IMG/VR virus record: IMGVR_UViG_3300006802_000105
Span: 1 to 59,753 of that record
DNA: 59,753 nt
Strand: one strand, 5' to 3'
From: a virus
Lineage: Duplodnaviria > Caudoviricetes
The notes beneath the pieces were generated by a model, which did no database searches, was not told the DNA's origin, and saw only the letters and a program-made list of their open reading frames with translations. Position 1 is the first letter of the stretch. Every line of letters starts with the position of its first letter. The translations under genes were made by a program, and so were the position numbers. Of the stretch, positions 56,271-59,753 are shown piece by piece.

Positions 56271-56742
56271 TACGGTTGTACAAAACGTCGCGTAGATCAG
56301 GTGCCCTCCAGCCCTCGGGCTTAAGGATCTTGCCGTCGTCGCGCTTACGCACAGCCCCGGTCTTGGCGTCGATCTTGGCGAAGTTGGAGCGCATGACTTC
56401 CTGCCAGCCATCCAGCATGGGGAAGCCGCGCGATAGACCGTATCCGATGCACACGACAATGATGTCGATGATGGCGTCGAACTGCTCCACTTCGTCGTTG
56501 TCGTGTATTGCTTTCTCAAGCTCTTGACTCTCCTCCAGTATCAAGTTCAGGTACAGACGGGCTTGCTCTTCGTTATCCACCGTAGTGGACTGCCCACAGG
56601 CCCTCATGAATGCCGCTTGGTCGTGGAAGACTGACTGCGGCTGCTGCCGCATATCGAGTCGCTCGGCAAGGGCGTGGACGATGCCGCTGTGCCCATCCGC
56701 TTCGCGGATGAGTTCACTGTCGCTCATGTTTTCATAGTTCAT
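56266..56742 (-). CDS. MazG-like / all-alpha NTP pyrophosphohydrolase
   Basis: LILEE..EL...D.VE..DAIID...EVMRSNFAK...DGKILKPEGW..PDL. Confidence 0.85.
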   Translation of the reverse strand: MNYENMSDSELIREADGHSGIVHALAERLDMRQQPQSVFHDQAAFMRACGQSTTVDNEEQARLYLNLILEESQELEKAIHDNDEVEQFDAIIDIIVVCIGYGLSRGFPMLDGWQEVMRSNFAKIDAKTGAVRKRDDGKILKPEGWRAPDLRDVLYNRI

Positions 56743-57074
56743 TGGGTGTCGCCTACAAAGTCAACAAAGGAATGAAGTGCGGTGCCACCGGAGTCGGTGC
56801 GAAACCACACAATGATGTCGGGGGGTGGGGTAGATACTTGTTTTGCATGGGCTCCAATACGGGATATGTTGATGATGTTGACCAGCCACTCTGGTCTAGT
56901 CTCCAGTAGTCCTTCGCTAGAGGTTTCGTGGCCGTTGTTCCATGTACGCAGCTTGTACTCACCTGCGTACTCTTCGTAGCGGTGTTCCGCTAAGTCTTTG
57001 TGGTGTTTAGTCACTTTGCTAAAGATCATGTTCATTTGGCGGAGCGAGTCCGCCAGTACTTCGCTTCGTTTCAT
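56739..57074 (-). CDS. Hypothetical protein
   Basis: ATGA-coupled at both ends. Confidence 0.65.
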   Translation of the reverse strand: MKRSEVLADSLRQMNMIFSKVTKHHKDLAEHRYEEYAGEYKLRTWNNGHETSSEGLLETRPEWLVNIINISRIGAHAKQVSTPPPDIIVWFRTDSGGTALHSFVDFVGDTQ

Positions 57075-57956
57075 TCGGAGATCGCCCAGTCAAAGCTATC
57101 CAAGATGGCATCGACCTTACGCTTGGTCTCCAAGCGCGTGCTGTCCTCCTCCCGCAGTTCTTTGGGAGTGACGCCCGTCAGGGCATCGACCAGCTTGCAA
57201 CGGGCACGCTCAAGGTCAGGGTCGTTCGTCACGTTCATGACGGTCAGCAAGTCGCACAGTTCCTCGGCGTTGGTTACCAACGTGTCATGGAACACGCGCT
57301 TCTTGCCATCCTCATCCACGGTCAAGACGGTCGCTCATCTTGGTGAGTGCGGTATGCAAACGATTCCAAGAGTCTTGGTTGGCTTGCGCCAACTGCGCCT
57401 TGGCCCGCGCCTCGTACTGCTCCACAAGTTCACGCTGCACACTGGACTCGATGTCGAGCCTGAAGTCGCCCGCCGTGGGCAGCGGCGTGAACGACGTGTC
57501 GAACGAAAACTTACGCGCCACCTGATCGCGTGTCGGGTACTCCTCACGGTCAAACAGCGTACCGAGTTGGAACGCGGCAGCAGCAACCAGTGTGTCGTAC
57601 TTATCCAAGAACTTGTCCACCAGCGCTTTGAACTCCTGATCGTTCTTGGTCATCACGCCCTGATAGTCGAACAGCGCTTTGGTAGGCAGCAGCCGCTGCC
57701 CGTTGTCTGACCAAGGCAGTGTGAGCCTGTAGTGTTCGTTGCGAACCTTGGCTTGGAACTTGATGATGGCGTCCAACTCTTTGCATTCGGCAAAGAGACT
57801 CTTATAAACGCTGGCGGCTTTGGCCGACCCGCTGCCCTTGGCGGCGACAACCTCCCCCTGCGTCTTCTTATCTTGCTTACGCCCGGAGTACACGCTGATG
57901 GCGAGGTCTACAAGCATGGCCGAACGGGCAATGCCCGCAACTGTCTGAATACTCAT
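57071..57956 (-). pseudogene. DUF3150-like protein split by a 1-nt frameshift
   Basis: ORFs 57312-57956 and 57071-57325 join as ...KMSDRL-TVDEDGKKR... if one base near 57326 is removed. Confidence 0.65.
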
Positions 57957-57970
57957 TTTGATTCTCCTGA

Positions 57971-57983
57971 TCTAACGGTTAGA
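57971..57983. promoter_or_regulatory. Palindromic operator-like site (copy 3 of 3)
   Basis: ATCTAACGGTTAGAAAGTT is identical to 44311-44329. Confidence 0.7.
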
Positions 57984-58017
57984 AAGTTAATAGTGCGCTG
58001 CGAAACTTACAGATGGC

Positions 58018-58269
58018 TTACTCGGCTTGCGACGCGGTGAAAAACTTGAGCGCGTCATAGTCGTCGTCGGGCATAACCCGCACCACCAAGTTAGAGCGCA
58101 AGTCGTACGGCTGCAACAGATTCATAAAGTCGCTACCGTTGGTGCCCTTGCCCGTGCCCATGTACTTGGCCTGCACCATCTCGCAGCCGCGCAGTACGCT
58201 TGCCAGCGTCTCCAACTGCTCCGCGCTAAGGATGACCGAGCAGCCATCCACGTTTATCGTCAACTTCAT
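58018..58269 (-). CDS. Hypothetical protein
   Basis: GGAGG RBS. Confidence 0.65.
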   Translation of the reverse strand: MKLTINVDGCSVILSAEQLETLASVLRGCEMVQAKYMGTGKGTNGSDFMNLLQPYDLRSNLVVRVMPDDDYDALKFFTASQAE

Positions 58270-58270
58270 C

Positions 58271-59446
58271 TCACACCTCCAAATGAATCGTCGTACCGTA
58301 GGGAGCGACCATGTCGCTCGTAACTGCCCACAGCGTGGGCCACTCGCTGACCCCCCAAGAGCCTACGTACCCGTCCGTGAACTGCACGATGGCTTGCGGG
58401 TTGATGCGCTTCTCGCGCAGGTAGTCGAACAGAACAGACCCGTCGGTGCCGCCACCGCCACGGGGCTTGAGAGACTGCACAGCAAACTGACCGTCCTCGA
58501 ACACCTGATGACCACGGATGCTGGTGTCCCAATACACAACGTGGAGCTTTCCGGGCTTGATGTCCTCCATGATGTTTGTAATCTCGGATACAAACGCGGT
58601 CATCTCCGTAGTGTTGAAGCACGAACCGGACGTGTCGAAGCCGATCACCAACTCCGCAAGCGTGGTGCCAAGCATGGACGGCATATACACATCGTCAGTA
58701 ATGAACCTACGGTTGGGCTTGCGCCATGAGGACTCGTCGCGCCCTGCACAGGTCTCGGTGATGAAGTCACGCAGCACCTTGCGCCAGTCGATCTTGGAGT
58801 TCAGCAGATCGCCGAACGTACCGTCTGCGCCACCGGAACCCTTACCCTGCATCTTGCGACGCATGAGTTCACCCTGACGCATGGCACGGTCGATTTCCTT
58901 GGCACGATCCTCCGCCGTCTTCTCGTCTGCTTCCTTAGCACCTTCCCAGTCGTGGGAGTCAATCCCATCGTTCCCCGGCTCATCGCCGGGGCCTTTGCCG
59001 GGGCCTTTGCCCTTCTTCTCTTTCTTGAGGTCGTCGAATATCTGGCGCACTGACCAGTTGCGGTACTTCTGATCGGGCTGCACACCTTCCTTGGGCATAC
59101 GCACAAACCCGAAACCTGCGTCCATGATGATCAGAGACAGGTTCACGAAGTGGTCTGCCGCGAGATTGGCAAGTCGTGCGTCCTCATTCCAGAGTTCCCG
59201 CCATACATACAGGTGCCGATACGCTTTGTGCGTCGCCTCGTGCAGCACCAACAAGTTCAACTCGGCATCTGTGAGCTTGTCCACGAACTCCGGGTTGTAC
59301 GTTACGTCCCACCCGTTGGTACAGGCGGTTGGGATGCTGGTGCTTATGACCACCTTGCCACACGCCAGCAAGCCAGCGTAGGCACAGAACTGTTTGTGGC
59401 GCATGATTGCGACATGCGACTTACGAATTCGATCCAATGCGTTCAT
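58271..59446 (-). CDS. Metallopeptidase + vWA domain protein (DUF2201-like)
   Basis: PTACTNG, HEATH (HExxH), MIDAS DTSGS, GGGGTD, FTDGY. Confidence 0.88.
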   Translation of the reverse strand: MNALDRIRKSHVAIMRHKQFCAYAGLLACGKVVISTSIPTACTNGWDVTYNPEFVDKLTDAELNLLVLHEATHKAYRHLYVWRELWNEDARLANLAADHFVNLSLIIMDAGFGFVRMPKEGVQPDQKYRNWSVRQIFDDLKKEKKGKGPGKGPGDEPGNDGIDSHDWEGAKEADEKTAEDRAKEIDRAMRQGELMRRKMQGKGSGGADGTFGDLLNSKIDWRKVLRDFITETCAGRDESSWRKPNRRFITDDVYMPSMLGTTLAELVIGFDTSGSCFNTTEMTAFVSEITNIMEDIKPGKLHVVYWDTSIRGHQVFEDGQFAVQSLKPRGGGGTDGSVLFDYLREKRINPQAIVQFTDGYVGSWGVSEWPTLWAVTSDMVAPYGTTIHLEV

Positions 59447-59448
59447 GA

Positions 59449-59753
59449 TTACTCCTTAGAAAAAACAATACTTGCAGATAGCAGCAACCAAGCTGCGTGG
59501 TTGTCCGTATCAGATGCGGCAACCAGTCGCAGTGCGTCGGGCTCCAATGTCAGGTACACGGCGCTGTCGTCCCATGCGATAAGCGCAGCTACTGCGTCCA
59601 GTGCTGCGCCCAGTGCTGCGTCCCATGCTTCGTCCCGTGCTGCGCCCAGTGCTGCGCCCAGTGCTGCGCCCAGTGCTGCGCCCCGTGCTGCGTCCAGTGC
59701 TGCGCCCAGTGCTGCGTCCCATGCTTCGTCCCGTGCTGCGCCCCGTGCTGCGC
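59449..59753 (-). CDS. Partial gene with tetrapeptide (D/G)AA(L/R/W) repeats (5' end outside the window)
   Basis: Reads ...AARGAARDEAWDAALGAAL...DAVAALIAWDDSAVYL...WLLLSASIVFSKE*. Confidence 0.75.
   Translation of the reverse strand, partial: AARGAARDEAWDAALGAALDAARGAALGAALGAALGAARDEAWDAALGAALDAVAALIAWDDSAVYLTLEPDALRLVAASDTDNHAAWLLLSASIVFSKE
59593..59753 (-). repeat. 12-bp tandem coding repeat
   Basis: G(G/A)CGCAGCAC(T/G)G units. Confidence 0.9.

Noticed and set aside
59510-59722. ORF-track 'STGR' repeat protein, or a CRISPR-like array
   Set aside because: Wrong frame of a 12-bp coding repeat; the Ala-rich frame runs into a normal C-terminus and the next gene's RBS. There are no unique spacers.
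1-59753. tRNA, rRNA, integrase or alternative genetic code
   Set aside because: No cloverleaf or integrase motifs recognised by eye; genes are intact in the standard code and use all three stop codons.

Overview
This window is most of the genome of a tailed dsDNA phage with a podovirus-like layout (no tape-measure or tail-tube block; very large ejection-type proteins instead). It begins just upstream of the small terminase. The + strand arm (1-40007) carries the terminases, portal, a GroES-like co-chaperonin, scaffold, major capsid, a cluster of small basic proteins, head-tail and fibre genes, a lysis cassette interrupted by an antisense HNH endonuclease, a tail nozzle and four large internal-virion proteins. 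The - strand arm (40004-59753) carries a primase-helicase, SSB-like protein, SNF2 helicase, Cas4-like nuclease, family A DNA polymerase, VRR-NUC, MazG-like, metallopeptidase-vWA and many small accessory ORFs. The most striking observation is a 280-aa intein in the polymerase whose HNH homing endonuclease is not in the intein frame. It is a fully nested gene in the +1 frame, while the polymerase frame stays open across it. Other notable items: a shared [MYF]-[AK]-x-G-G peptide tag on about ten otherwise unrelated virion-region proteins, a kissing-loop RNA candidate after the capsid gene, a thrice-repeated 13-bp palindromic operator, and repeated gene-junction modules in the accessory region. 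All product calls come from motif recognition and gene order; no database searches were run.
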